A stretch of DNA of 61,103 nucleotides, counting the filler, from Gonapodya sp. JEL0774 (taxonomy: Eukaryota): NCBI GenBank assembly GCA_027604505.1. It is 12 parts of 12 records of this genome, joined end to end, with 100 filler letters (N's around TTAATTAATTAA, not from the genome) between each part and the next. Parts side by side here need not be neighbours in the genome. Positions count along the whole stretch, not along the records: positions 20,535 to 25,533 come from JADIIX010000803.1; positions 25,634 to 30,623 come from JADIIX010000804.1; positions 30,724 to 35,712 come from JADIIX010000805.1; 9 more parts are not named here. One strand, given 5' to 3'. The number at the start of each line of letters is the position of its first letter. The stretch's first letter is position 1. The notes beneath the pieces were generated by a model. That model saw only the letters and a list, made by a program, of their open reading frames with translations, was not told the origin of the DNA and made no database searches. The translations under genes and the position numbers were made by a program. Shown here piece after piece: positions 23,551-35,812 of this stretch.

Positions 23551-24571
23551 CTACCAATGTGCGAATCCCCAGAAGGTGTTCTGTAAAATAGAAGAAGAGG
23601 AAGAGGTTGCTTCAGAATGCAGATATAGAGTGCATGACAATCGCAAAACTCACGTGAAGCGAAGCAGTCACAGGGAGATCAACGGCGAATTTCCCATACC
23701 CTCCACCAGCACCATCATTTGCCCCTTCTGTGATGCATACGCCGCGGACTTGGACCTTGGTACCTGCAATACCGTCGTTGCCAAGGTTCCACACCATCTT
23801 CGCAGACAATTGAGGTGTGGGGTTGTTGTCGTCGAGCGCGGTGGTGTGCACAACTGTGGATCCCTGCTTTCCGCAACCGCGCCACGGGTAGTGCATCATG
23901 TTGAGACCGGGGCTGGTGAAGGTACCGATGTGGCGGGGCATGTTGGGAGCGGGGAAGTCCTGAACCCACACGATGAGACCGAGGAGCTTTTGGGTGTTGT
24001 TCTTGGCGCACACTTGGAAAGTCGTTGTTTGCGTGACTGTCGAAAGTTGAGAAGGGCAAGGAATATTGAGGACGTATGGAGCGACGACGCCACACAGTCA
24101 GGCAGCTCACCTTCTGTGCAGTTCACAATGAATGCGGAGCACAAATCTTGAGCAGCGTAGGGAGCGATGAAGTTCTTGTGGTAGCCAGCGACTTTCATCA
24201 TAGCGTCATCCTCCTATAAATTATGTAGACATGGGAGGGTTGGAAGAAGCAGGACGATTGTTAGAGAGACTTCGTCACAACCAACGAAGCACAGACAAGG
24301 CCCGCAGAAGCACCACGTCACTTTTATGACAGATTGCTTGCTGCCAGAAGAGCCGAGCATCCGAAAACGTTCGGGGGGACGGAGAGATCATGCTCACCTG
24401 CAAGTAGGGAACCACCATCCCCAGAGACTGGGGCGCTCCATTAGCCATGTCGAAGTTGTCGCAAATGTACGAAGGAATCAGCGATCCGTTGGTGAAAGCG
24501 GCTGCTTGTGGGACGAGCAGTGCGGCGGATGCGACGAGTGCGGACGCGAAGAGAGTCGCGAGGGGAGCCAT
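23551..24571 (-). CDS. Secreted Cys/His-rich Reeler-like protein, array copy C (4 exons)
   Basis: MAPLATLFAS...AAAFTNGSLIPSYIC. Same motifs and intron positions as A and B; terminal exon 23551-23580 encodes NTFWGFAHW*. Confidence 0.88.
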
Positions 24572-25260
24572 TTGAGATGGTATAAAGGAGAGATTCGACG
24601 TAGAGCTGAGTGGCTTTCGCGAAGATTGCGGGATCCGGAAGGCAGAAGACGAAATGAGTTTGAAATGAAGATGAAATGAAAGTGTTTATGAAAACATGGA
24701 CAAGGGGAACGGTGGGCCTGAGATTGCCGTTGCCTGCGGACAGGTGGACACCGATCGTTCAGGGAAAGGCGAGACCATTAACGATAATCAGCGTCGAGTG
24801 ATGAGAGCGAGCACAAAAGAGAATTTTTAATACGTAAAAGTGATGATGCAATGTGATTCTTGGATCTCTACTTATTGGAACGACGCCCATTCCGCTGACG
24901 GCGAACTGGGCAGGGGCTGAGAGGCGTTAATTTCATACCGCAGGGTCTCGATTTCAAAATGCACCATATTGTACGACTACCATGGCCGAAACCACAGCGA
25001 GAACGAGTTTATGATAATAATGATTGAGCGCTGCGTGACTTCATAGGATTTATAGAAGCGGTAATTTTTTGAGACGTGTATGCACATGTATTACGGTTTC
25101 TATGCACTACAATCGCATAGACAGTGTTAGAGAATTACGTGACGACGTGCCAGACGGTCATGCAAAAGTGATTGAAACAGGATGCTTGAGCTCCACCAAT
25201 TCAACCGAACATATTCTTGGACATCTTTATCCACCCGATTTCACTGCGAATCCTGGTTGC

Positions 25261-25533
25261 TCACCAATGAGCGAAGCCCCAGAAAGTGTTCTGCCGAAAC
25301 AAAGAAGACATCATCACTTGTTAAAGGGAGGCACCATCCTGTCAGGTTTTCACAAATCTGCCTACACCCACTTGCAACGTTGCTGTCACGGGCACGTCAA
25401 CAGCAAACTTCCCATATCCTCCGCCCGGCATGTCGTTTGGTGCCTCCGTAATACACACTCCGCGAATCTGTACCGTCTTTCCCGCAATTCCGTCGTTGCC
25501 GAGGTTCCAGACCATCTTCGCAGACATTTGCGG
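25261..25533 (-). CDS. Secreted Reeler-like protein, array copy D (3' part only)
   Basis: SAKMVWNLGNDGIAGKTVQIRGVCITE...GGYGKFAVDVPV plus terminal exon 25261-25290 (NTFWGFAHW*). Cut by the contig end. Confidence 0.85.
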
Positions 25534-25633
25534 NNNNNNNNNNNNNNNNNNNNNNNNNNNNNNNNNNNNNNNNNNNNTTAATTAATTAANNNNNNNNNNN
25601 NNNNNNNNNNNNNNNNNNNNNNNNNNNNNNNNN

Positions 25634-28600
25634 TTGCCGAGAGGGATGACGATGAGATTGCGCCGAGAACGAGTGCTTTGTCTTGCAAGCGCACTTCGTC
25701 CGAGAAGATAAGTTGAAGATTCCGAGATATCAGTGGCAGTTCCTGAGCCTTTGCCAAAGACCCTGAAAGATCAATGAAAGGCTACGTCAGCTCCATGAGA
25801 GTGTATAACTCAGAGCCGTTCCCTACTCACGAATCAGACGCTGTTTCTCTGTTGCAAAGGTAGCATTCCGGTAAAGATTCAAAATGAACTCATACGATTC
25901 CTCGCCGCCGCTAAGTTTAGGTGCCCTGATTGGTGAGTCTCTACCCCGACACCTTGGACGCAGTATCAACACCACAAGGACGGACTTACTAAAGCACCTC
26001 AGCCCCATAAATAACATCCAAAACACTCGGAGAAAGCACGGGCGGCTTAGGACCACGAAGTTGTTGGAAAAGGCGCCTTGCTTCTGCAACTGTAGACTCT
26101 TCTCCTGCCTGTACAGCTACCGACAAAACCTGCGACCTTAGCAAGCTCTGCAAATGATCAGGGCTAGCCGCTGAGTCGGTCCATCCTACAGCGGTAACTA
26201 CAGGCTTCACGAGTTTCGCAATCCATTTGCGAAGCCTGAGACTGCCTGGGTGAAGGTTCCAAGCACCATTGCGAGAAAAGGCGTCGTTGAGCCGACTGAA
26301 GGTCGTCCACCAGACGATTGGATCTGTCTCATTGACCAACACGGAAGACAGGAACTCGAAAAATCCTTCTACATCGTCATCGCGACCTCCTAGTGACCCA
26401 GCAAATGCGTCAAGTATCAGTCCGGCGCGGTCGGAAGGAGAAAGACCGAACACGCTTGGGTTCGCAGAAATAGCGGTAAACGTGGAAGGCGGATAAACAA
26501 CCCTGTAGAAGCCGGTCTGGCCAACATTGGCTTTGACCACCAACTGTGAGTGTGTCTTCGATTTCACTGGGACAGACACCTCGACAGTTCCATTTGTGCT
26601 TAGGAGGAGTGTTTGGGAATGCTGCATAAGGGTGCCCTGCGCGTCATATACGACATAGCTGAATGGGATACTCCAAACCTCCTTCCCTGCCTCGACTCCA
26701 TTAATATGAGAGAGTGTGTAACGTTCCTGTTTGATCGTGAAGACTGTGGGTGAAGTCCAGTTCACGATGACTACCGGGTGGCCAGGTTGGTCAGCTGGAC
26801 AAGAATACCGAATCAGCTGTGCGTTTAATGAAAAGGGACCCTAGCGCAATGCTCAGGGGTGCTTACTCCAAGTTGACATGGTCACATTGATTCCAAATTG
26901 GCCTGTCGGATCCATGGCACTCCATAGTTCGCTGGTGAGTGCGTTGTGGTACGCGTGAGCTGACAGATACTCATGCATCCGACTATTTGGATCGCAGACG
27001 TGTAAGGGATAGAGTCAAGTTTCTGACGGGATTTGAACAAAGAGGCACGACTGACCTGAAAAAGTAATCCTTGTCTGGAACATCACCGATACCGCCTTTG
27101 TCCCCGCCCAGGTCATTCACGTATGCTCTCAGCATTCTAATGAGGGAACTTCCCTTCGAGTAGCTGATCGCGTCGAAGAGTGCATCAATCTCGACAGGGT
27201 CAACGACCTTGCTGGCGACTGGGTGCGTAAAGGCGCTGGAATCAAAGTCGAATGCTGGCACTTGAGCGTCTACAATAGCTTGATCCTGCATACGCCAATT
27301 TTCTTTCTGAGCACGAGCTGCGGCGTCGGTTCCGACTGGTATAGCGACAGTAGGAAAGGGCAGTCCATATGAATTCAATCATTACGGGATTCAATGAACT
27401 CGCGGGTCCGGACTTACTATGCTCAATGAAATCCGCAAAGCCTTCGTTTAGCCAGAGATCTGAGAACGTACAATACTAAGCAAAATAAGGCACAAGGGGC
27501 GCATCGAAGGGTTATACCCCACCGTCCCACCACTGCATTGTAACAAGATCACCAGTCCACTGTATGGATAATCTTCATGGTCAGTACAAGCCATTCCTCC
27601 AAAAACTAGATTAGTACATACCATGTGAGCGAATTCGTGAGCTACAACCACAGCGACCCGCTCCTTGTCGGACGCCGAAGAAAAATTGGGATCGTACAGG
27701 AGTGCAGTGTCTCGGTAGGTAACCTGACTCAAAGATCCCAATGAGATTTATCTCCAGTTGATGAGCATACCACGAACCAATCAGTTATTTACCAAACCCC
27801 AATTTTCCATTGCACCGGCTTGCAGAGGCGGATCAGAAACTTTCTCTCAAGAGAGTACGTCGCACTCGTTGGACCCACCAGCAAAGTCCGGGATCGCAAT
27901 CATGTCCATCTTCGGTAAGGGGAATGGAATTCCGTACATGTCCTCGTAGTAGGGAAGAACCACCGCGGCAACGTCAAGTGAGTACTGGGCTTGGCTCGTA
28001 TGGTTGGGGGTCGTGTATGCCCGGATTCTTTGAACAAAGTTGTGATAATTCATTGGTTCGCCTTCGGGGGAATGGGATGACTATGAAGAACTCACTTGGT
28101 GCCCCGAGGAGTGACGGTCTCAATGTACTCGAATTCACTCGTAACAAACGCCACGAGATACGTAGACATCCTCGGAGTCTCCTGGAACACGTAAGTCTTC
28201 CAGTCGTTCTTCTTCGTTGAGCTTGCGAGTTCCGTCAAGCGCTGAGACGTGGCATCAGCCACGGACAAAATAGGCATGTTGGAGATGGCGTGGTACGGTT
28301 CACGAACGTGCATGGTGATGTTGAATGTGGCTTTGAAAGCGGGTTCGTCGAAGCAGGGAAAAGCAGCTCGCGCGTCAGTGGACTATTGCGTGTCAGGAGA
28401 GTTTCAAGTTTTATCGCGTGTTCCAGTAATGGGGAAGAGGAAAACATGAGCTCATACCTCAAATTGCGTACTAGCAAGCCACCGCTTCTTGCCCGCGTCG
28501 TCTTTGTATGAGCTCCTGTAATATCCCCTCAGCGAGTCCGTCAACATCCCCTTGTACGCGACTTTCAGCGTCGCATTATACCCGCGCTTGATCTTGGTAC

Positions 28601-29439
28601 CAAACTTGAAGGCAACTTGTGCGTTATTCAAGAAAGTTTGGTTGAACACAGGAGCGACCCAAGACGACGGACTCTGGCCGTGTACTAGTTCGTCCTCGGA
28701 CACGAGTTCCCCGTCCCCCCAGACGCGGAGAGTGACGTCCGTGAGGTTGAGGTCTCTGGAATTGAGGATGACAAAATCGGTTGCCTGTTGAGCAAATAGC
28801 CGAATGGTGGCTGTGCCGGCGAAGGAGAAGTCATCCAGGTCGGTCACGAAGTCGAGTGCATAGTGGATGGGGACCTGTCACACCACGCAAGCAAAGAGTT
28901 TATGCACGGAGGGTATCAGTTCAACTGAAAAAACTACTATACACTAACATGAGTTGCTCATTACATTACTCACCAAGCTCGTCGGAAGACGCAAGCTGTT
29001 CCAGAGCGGGCGTTTATGCGCGGTGGCGCTCCTGAAGATGACCATGGACCCCGCTGTTCCCAGGAAGACGGGATTTCATTTTTAGTTTTCGTATCGAAGG
29101 CATAGAACCCGAGGTAAGAAAAGCGTTTCGAAGCGGACATGGGTTGGAAAGATCCGTTTTCGGCAGTTGCAAATGCAGCAACCCACCGATCAACACCGAC
29201 ACGGCCATCGCCACGAATACGATGACCATCCTAACCTGCCTATACTCCCTCCTCGTCGCCACTTTCCTCATAGTCTGCCATATCCCTTCCTCGGGGTCCC
29301 CTTCAGGTCCTTCGTCCTCCACCTCTTCCATCGACCGGACGCGCCCCAGCGTCCATCCGCGGCGGGGAGGAACTGTGGAGCTGGGAAGGAGGGGCTCGGA
29401 TTCGGTGGTGGTGGCTGTGAGGTCGGGGGAGGTGGGCAT
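25634..29439 (-). CDS. M1-family zinc aminopeptidase (aminopeptidase N-like), type II membrane anchor, spliced, 3' truncated
   Basis: GAMEN (~27802-27816), HEFAH (27625-27639), [16 protein letters not shown] and AFPCFDEP motifs, an ERAP1-like C-terminal region, and an N-terminal hydrophobic segment ([15 protein letters not shown]). Confidence 0.95.
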
Positions 29440-29545
29440 GGTGGGTGTGCCGGGCTGCTGGCTGCAGGTGTAGGTGTCCTGAAGCCTCTTCACGACCACC
29501 CCCATGGAAATTATGAGGGCATAATGCATTATCCAAACAACCTCA

Positions 29546-30623
29546 TCATATTAAATACATGTCCACATCCCCCTCCCTCTTCCCCTTCCCCTCCACCTTC
29601 GTCCCCCCCACCGCCGCGACCCACCGCCCCCCCGTCTCGCCCAACACGAGACACTCCACCTTCCTCCCCGAATCCACACTAGGTCCTGCCGTGTATGTCC
29701 ACCGCCACGATGGTCCGGGTGTATGTTGGGAGGATCGGGTGCGGTTTTTTTTGGTGCGCGGGGGCGGTGACAGGTGGAGGTGGAAGAGACGGAGATGGCC
29801 GTCAAGGGATGCGGTGACAAGCGAAAAGTGAAGGGGATCAGCGGGGCCTGGTTGAGGCGCCCCTGCGGTTCGGTCGGAGTCCCGTGTGGTGGTTTCTGTA
29901 CCGCCTGGTTCACTACCACCTACAACCCCTTTCCCCGGCAACCACCCGACCCCCGTCACATTCCATCCATGTACGTCCTCCACTCTCACTGCCCTGTGCC
30001 ACTCCACTTTTCCGTTTGCGTTCCCTTTGACATCGTCCCCACCACTGGCCCGCCACCCGGCCATAATCTCCACGGTTCCTGCACCTGTGCCGACCGCTAA
30101 GAGTCGTGGGGATGTACTGGTCGGGTGGTGTGCGAGGGCGGTGAGGAAAGGGGGGTTGAAGGAGGTTGTGGGTGGGGCAGATATGGAAGGAGGCAGATGT
30201 GTGGGGTTTGGGTGGGGTGTACCTGACAACAGGAGTACCAGAGGTCATTGGAGGTGATTGAGTAATGTTTCGACTGAGTGTCAGGGTCGCGGTGATATCT
30301 TACTCAAATCCCACTTTTCCTGTACCCCCGACTTCGACTCCTCCATATTCTCCGCACCCGACCGCCACCACCGTAGGAGCGTGTAGTCCATACCGGCGGA
30401 CCAGTACTCATACTCGTCTAAGCTCGAGCTAGACGATAGTGTGACGGCGGCGGCGGGGGTAGGAGAAAAAGCGACACGGGTGACGATCTGGGACGTCCGC
30501 GGGGCGAAAGAGACAACGGGGATCATCTGATGGTGTAGAATAGTGATTGAGAATGGGCGGATGGGGCTCACATTTGTGTGTCCTGTCAGCCGGGTCCCGG
30601 GGTTTCGTTTCTTGGCTTTTGTA
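29546..30623 (-). CDS. WD40-repeat protein, 3' part, spliced
   Basis: LTGHTN|, VTRVAFSP..WSAGMDYTLLRW, LLAVGTGAGTVEI and HGWNVTGVGW..LVTASLDGHLRLF WD-like repeats. Confidence 0.7.
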
Positions 30624-30973
30624 NNNNNNNNNNNNNNNNNNNNNNNNNNNNNNNNNNNNNNNNNNNNTTAATTAATTAANNNNNNNNNNNNNNNNNNNNN
30701 NNNNNNNNNNNNNNNNNNNNNNNATTGCGAAGTCAGCCGAAAAAAACACCGCCGAAAATATTACGCTGACGCGTTCGAACAGCCGTCATTTGTTAGTGGA
30801 TGCTCGAGTTGCTGGTTGCTGAGTTCTCTGCGCCGTCAACTTTGGACGAAGCACAATCATCACCAACCCTCCACGTCTGGCAACTTACTCATTTATCCGT
30901 TGGTGATTAGGGTTCAAGATATAGCAATTTGGTCGAATTCAAAAAGTACATACAGTAGCTTTGATCAAGTTTG

Positions 30974-32257
30974 TCACCAACGGGGGTAATTAAATGTCCT
31001 GTACAGCTTTTGCTCTTTTGAGGACCAGACAACATATTCATATTCATCCAAAGGCTCACATCCACCAAGGGTCGAGTCCTTCCACTTGTTTGTGTCCATT
31101 TCATGTTTTAGATCCTCACTCAGAGCTGACCTTAAATGCATTCTTTCCCATCGAAAAAACAATGTAACGGTTGGCACCCGCCGTTGAAGGACTGAGTCCA
31201 GGGCTATCTTTCCCAACCTGTCAGGTATGATGTGTGGTCCAATATTCAATGTTTTGAGTCTTGGAAGGCCCTCAACCACAGACAACAGAAGAGTCATGGA
31301 GCATTCCAGGAAATTATAAAACTCCAAGACTTCAAGCTTTGTGCAGTACCGAATGATATCTTCAACTGCCTTAGTGTGAAGTCTCTGCTCAGCATTCACT
31401 TCATCCAGACAGATCCTTTGAAGTTGCCAACCAATATTGGAAAGGACAGTTGCCATTACGTCCCACTCATCTTGAAAGTATGGGACCGTGAGTACCGAAA
31501 GATTTGAAAGTTGTTTCAGGTGATCTGAACAGTCGACTGGGGTGTCCCAAATCGTAAGCTCTTGGAGGGCCTTGTACTGTCCAATCTGCTCCCAATTGTC
31601 CACATCGTCCCAGTCAAAGTGCAATATCTTCAAAGAGTGCGCAATGTTGACAGGGAGCGTCATTGTGCTGGCTCCCCCAGTGAAAAACGTTAGTTCCTCA
31701 AGGGCATTGCTCTGTTTGAGTAACTGATCCAACCATACAATCAAGGAGTCTGATGAGCCACGAACGTCAAGTCGTCTCAGACGTGCTGCTGTAGATAGCA
31801 AGATGGAGGATACCGCCGTGACTACCTCATCTTCTAACGAAGGGCAGTGCAAGGAAACAACGTGGACAGATATCTGTTGAAGCGCCTGAAGGGCATCTGC
31901 GCACGGTAAGTTCTGCTTCCACGTGTTCACATTCCAACCGTAGTTGATAGTAACATGGCGTGTTCGGATTTCCTCCTTGGTCCGCTTGTCAAACGAATGA
32001 TAAGTCGCCACCCGCTGTCCGCCTTTGTCGGTGTCGTCAAACTTCCACTCCCTCCAAAGAGCATCAAACGCGATTGGTCACCAGTATCTGCTTTGTTGAA
32101 GGTTATGTGACGATTGTGTCCGATTCTGGACTCGAGCGAGAGAATCCTGATGGCCATCGACAACTCACCAGACACCGACACATGCCGCCCTGTCCACTGT
32201 GTCCAGGTACAAAACGATCCGTTCAATGAGCTCCGGTGTGGAAAGCGCGCGATTCAT
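30974..32257 (-). pseudogene. F-box/LRR (RNI-like) gene with one premature stop
   Basis: ATG 32257 MNRALSTPELIERIVLYL...VC|RYW*PIAFDALWR (intron with GTGAGT donor and AAG acceptor at 32091-32093). In-frame TGA at 32078-32080, then 345 aa of open LRR-type sequence (LEELTF, LQELTI, CTKLEVLEF, LPRLKTLNI). Confidence 0.8.
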
Positions 32258-32540
32258 GGCCGATTGAGTCTGTCCCGGCGACAGGGTCGAAGGAATTATC
32301 GATCGCGAGGGCGAGAAACCGGACTTTGATTCGGCAAGCGTCCGATTCCCACCGCCAGGCAAACAAATCGGCGAGCATGTCAGGGCAAGGAGCTATCAAA
32401 AGAAGCGAACTGTGGGCCCACCATCGTTGTAGGAGCAATCTGGATTATGTTGTGAAGCAAGGGTGCCTGGCTAATGCCCCCACCAGCAACGTCCACCTTA
32501 CGGTTTAGTGATTACGTTTCCCGTTATACCATTTTTGCAG

Positions 32541-32830
32541 AATTTGAAAAGTACATACATAATCTTTCATCAAGTCTGTCACCACATGATAGGGGTTGTA
32601 AATGTTCTGCACAGCTTTCGCTCTTTTCACGACCAGCCAACAAACTCAGCACGCCCCAAAGGCTTACATCCACCAAGGGTCAAGTCCTCCCACTTCGATG
32701 TCACCACCTCGTCTTCTTGATCCTTTCTCACAGAGCATAAATCCGCATTTCCCCATCGGAAGAACAAGGTCACTTTTGGCTCCCGCCCTTGAAGTACTGA
32801 GTCCAAAGCTATCTTCCCAATTCTGACAGG
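32541..32830 (-). pseudogene. Remnant 3' duplicate of the neighbouring F-box/LRR gene
   Basis: RIGKIALDSVLQGREPKVTLFFRW...KWEDLTLGGCKPL matches RLGKIALDSVLQRRVPTVTLFFRW...KWKDSTLGGCEPL at ~30935-31224, including the 3' flank. It contains a stop at 32627. Confidence 0.8.
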
Positions 32831-33710
32831 TGGGACGGGTGTCCTATCAAGGATCACAGATCGAAGTTTTGGGAGCGCAAATCAAACAGTCCGAGCCATC
32901 TTGCATTCTCCTTCTTTGGCGAGATAATAATGAACGCAGTAGCATTTGATGACGTGGGCTCCCTGGTCAATGACAAGGGATGTTGCGTGATGCGTTGCGT
33001 CCTGCCGCTGTGCTGCTCTCCAGACGATATATATTTACTCCGTCACTTTTCGTGGCGACACAGATGCAAGTTCCCGTTGTGGAAACACGGCATCTTGCGC
33101 CGCAACGCCCGAAAGTTTGAGAGGTGGACTGGAAAGCACGTTGTGGGCGGTGCAGCACGTTCACAAAAAGCATCCCATGAGTCATAATACGAGTTGATGC
33201 TCGGAGATCTCAGGTACAACAGAAAGATACCTTGGACCACAGCTAGTCTGTATCACTCTGTTAATGCAACGTGCGGGAGGCCTTTCCCAACTGTTCTCGC
33301 CCGTCACTGTCCACCGCATGTAGTACCAACGAGACCTTTCTTCCACACTCTGAAACACCACGAAACCATTTGAACCCCTGAGTTTTTTAGAGCGACCGGT
33401 GTTCGTTTATGACTCGATCTGTTGTGATATGTTCGGGACGCTGTTATTGATGGTCCCTTGACCCTCACCTGCCCTGGCCATTTCTCGCCCCAACGTGCAC
33501 TCAAAGCAAAAACCCAAGTTGTCGACTCCGTATCGAAGGCGCCGCGTGAGGGTCTTCAGCCGATACTCCGCGCTTTTAAGTGCGTGTCCTGTTCCTGGTC
33601 ATTCGAACTTTGGAACGCGAACGCGCGCGTGGCCTGTTTGACGTGTCCGATATCTCCGCCAACGGCACGGACATCACATCAAGAGCTCTGTCCTCCACTC
33701 GACACGCGGC

Positions 33711-35278
33711 ATGATGTCACACATCTATTCTCCGTCCCCTCTTCACGCGCACGGTCCACTCGGGCTGTCCCGTCGCTCGTCTCCGCCGGACGAGATGGAT
33801 GCACTGTCATACACACTCACTCCAACCCCGCCGCTCCGCTCTCCATCGCCCTCAAAATCACCGATAAATTCTCTCATTTCCTTCAAAGACCTCGACATTG
33901 AACCGCGACCGGACTTGGACAGAACATTGAGCGAGGAAACTCTCTGCGAGCCAGAGCATAATGACGATCCACCCCCGCCTGGCCCTCCACTCGCAGCACC
34001 CGCACCCACATCACCATCACCTGCCACCAGATTGACCCTTTCAAACCCGTTCGCCCGCCCCAAACGTGTCCGTTGGACAGACCCGGTACATAGCTCGATC
34101 GTGGTTTTCGAGGTGGAAGATACTGGGGACGCGGAGGGGAACAGGGTGGGGATGAGGCCTGTTCCAAGAAAAAGTGAGTGTGAGCTTGTGTGTTGGCGTT
34201 GTTGAGTTGAGCTGTTGGGTTGGTTTCCGTTGTGTCGGTTGAATGTGTCAAGTCGGATCCGGTGGTGGTGACACATGTTACATAATTGCATGGACGACTG
34301 TTCGGATCGAACCGCGAACCCCGAGAGTGCCTATCGGGATGGAAGCATCTAGACATAGAGATACGAGATGAGAAGAGGAGCCATCGAGCGAGCGCGCGGC
34401 TGATCTAATAGGCATCCGGGACGTATCACGAGGACGCGATGCGCAGGCCTTGCGCAAAACCATGCAACCCGTTTTCACCTCCCACCGTACTTTCTCTTTT
34501 TCCAGCACCGCGCCGCCTCACCAGCCCCCCCCTCCTCCTCCCCAACCACCATCTCCATCACCACCCTCGAAACCCCGACGTCCTCTTCCACCTCGGCTTC
34601 GACGGCCTCGACGACGTGGATGTAGGAATGGAGCTTGAAGGAGAGGGGGTGGAGGTGGTCGGTGAGACGGGATCGGATTGTAGAGGAAATCTTGTGGAGG
34701 AACCTTGCTCCGATCTTACCATGCGTCCCGAAAGGGAGATGGACCCGAAGAGTGCAAGTGTAGGAAATGCAGACTGGGACGGTGGGGCGAGCCTTGGCCC
34801 GGACTCGGATTTTGACTCTGAAGATGACGATGCAGTGGTACGCTTACCGGAGCCTGCAGTTGGACGTTGGTCGCCGATTCCCACACGGCGGCGTAGGGGG
34901 ACCGGGACGGGTATGGGGCATGGTTACGGCCACGTGGTCGTGGGTGGGTCTCATGGGCACAGCTGGTCGCATACCCACACGCACTCGCATGGAGATGGAC
35001 ACGGACACACCTCCTCGCATGACCCCATCGACGTGCACCCCCACGCCCAATCCCACCGTCCCTCCACTCCCACTCACCCATCACCCTTATCCTCGCGGCC
35101 CTGTACACCTCCTCTCTCCCCTCTCTCGCCCCAACTCTCTCCGTTCTCCCCACCAACTTCGCCTACGCTTTCGGACTGCAGCGCCCCCTCCCTCTACACG
35201 ATGAACAAACCCCGCCACCATAGACGAACAGTCGGAGCAGGAACGAGGGTGGCACTAGTGATGACGAGGGGGGCGTGA
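33711..35278 (+). CDS. Hypothetical disordered Pro/Ser/His-rich protein with KRVRW motif (2 exons)
   Basis: ORFs 33711-34205 and 34439-35278 are joined in phase by a GTGAGT...TTTTTCCAG intron (34174-34505). No recognisable folded domain. Confidence 0.55.
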
Positions 35279-35812
35279 GGATAAGAGAGGGAAGTCGGAT
35301 GGTGGGAGAGTGGATTGGACAGTTGGATACACCGCGAAATTGCATAGCAAGGCGTATTCTCAACACGGGGGACAGTGGCACCCGGGCGGGCGGAGTCTGG
35401 GGGGAACCACCGTCGCCAGGTCGTGCACGCAGAGCAGACGGGCCATGCATACCCACAACGCACCACCCAACACTCACCACCCACTCACTGGAACGCAAGA
35501 GGCAAACCAAAAGCAAGTACCCGACACCGATACCCCTATCGTAGTTTTTGTCTGTGCCGGCGCGGATATCAAACGTTGAGGTCTTCGTAGGAAGTATGAA
35601 ACACGCGTAGTTTTGGTGCTGCACACTGGACGGCGGGCACTCCGACATACCGAACTACGACACAATCCTTCTTATTCTTTTTTGGATGTCGCGGTGGTGT
35701 TTTATTTTGGTTNNNNNNNNNNNNNNNNNNNNNNNNNNNNNNNNNNNNNNNNNNNNTTAATTAATTAANNNNNNNNNNNNNNNNNNNNNNNNNNNNNNNN
35801 NNNNNNNNNNNN

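Noticed and set aside
20745..25533. Array proteins as lytic polysaccharide monooxygenases
   Set aside because: The predicted mature N-terminus is Phe (FTNG), not the His required for the histidine brace.
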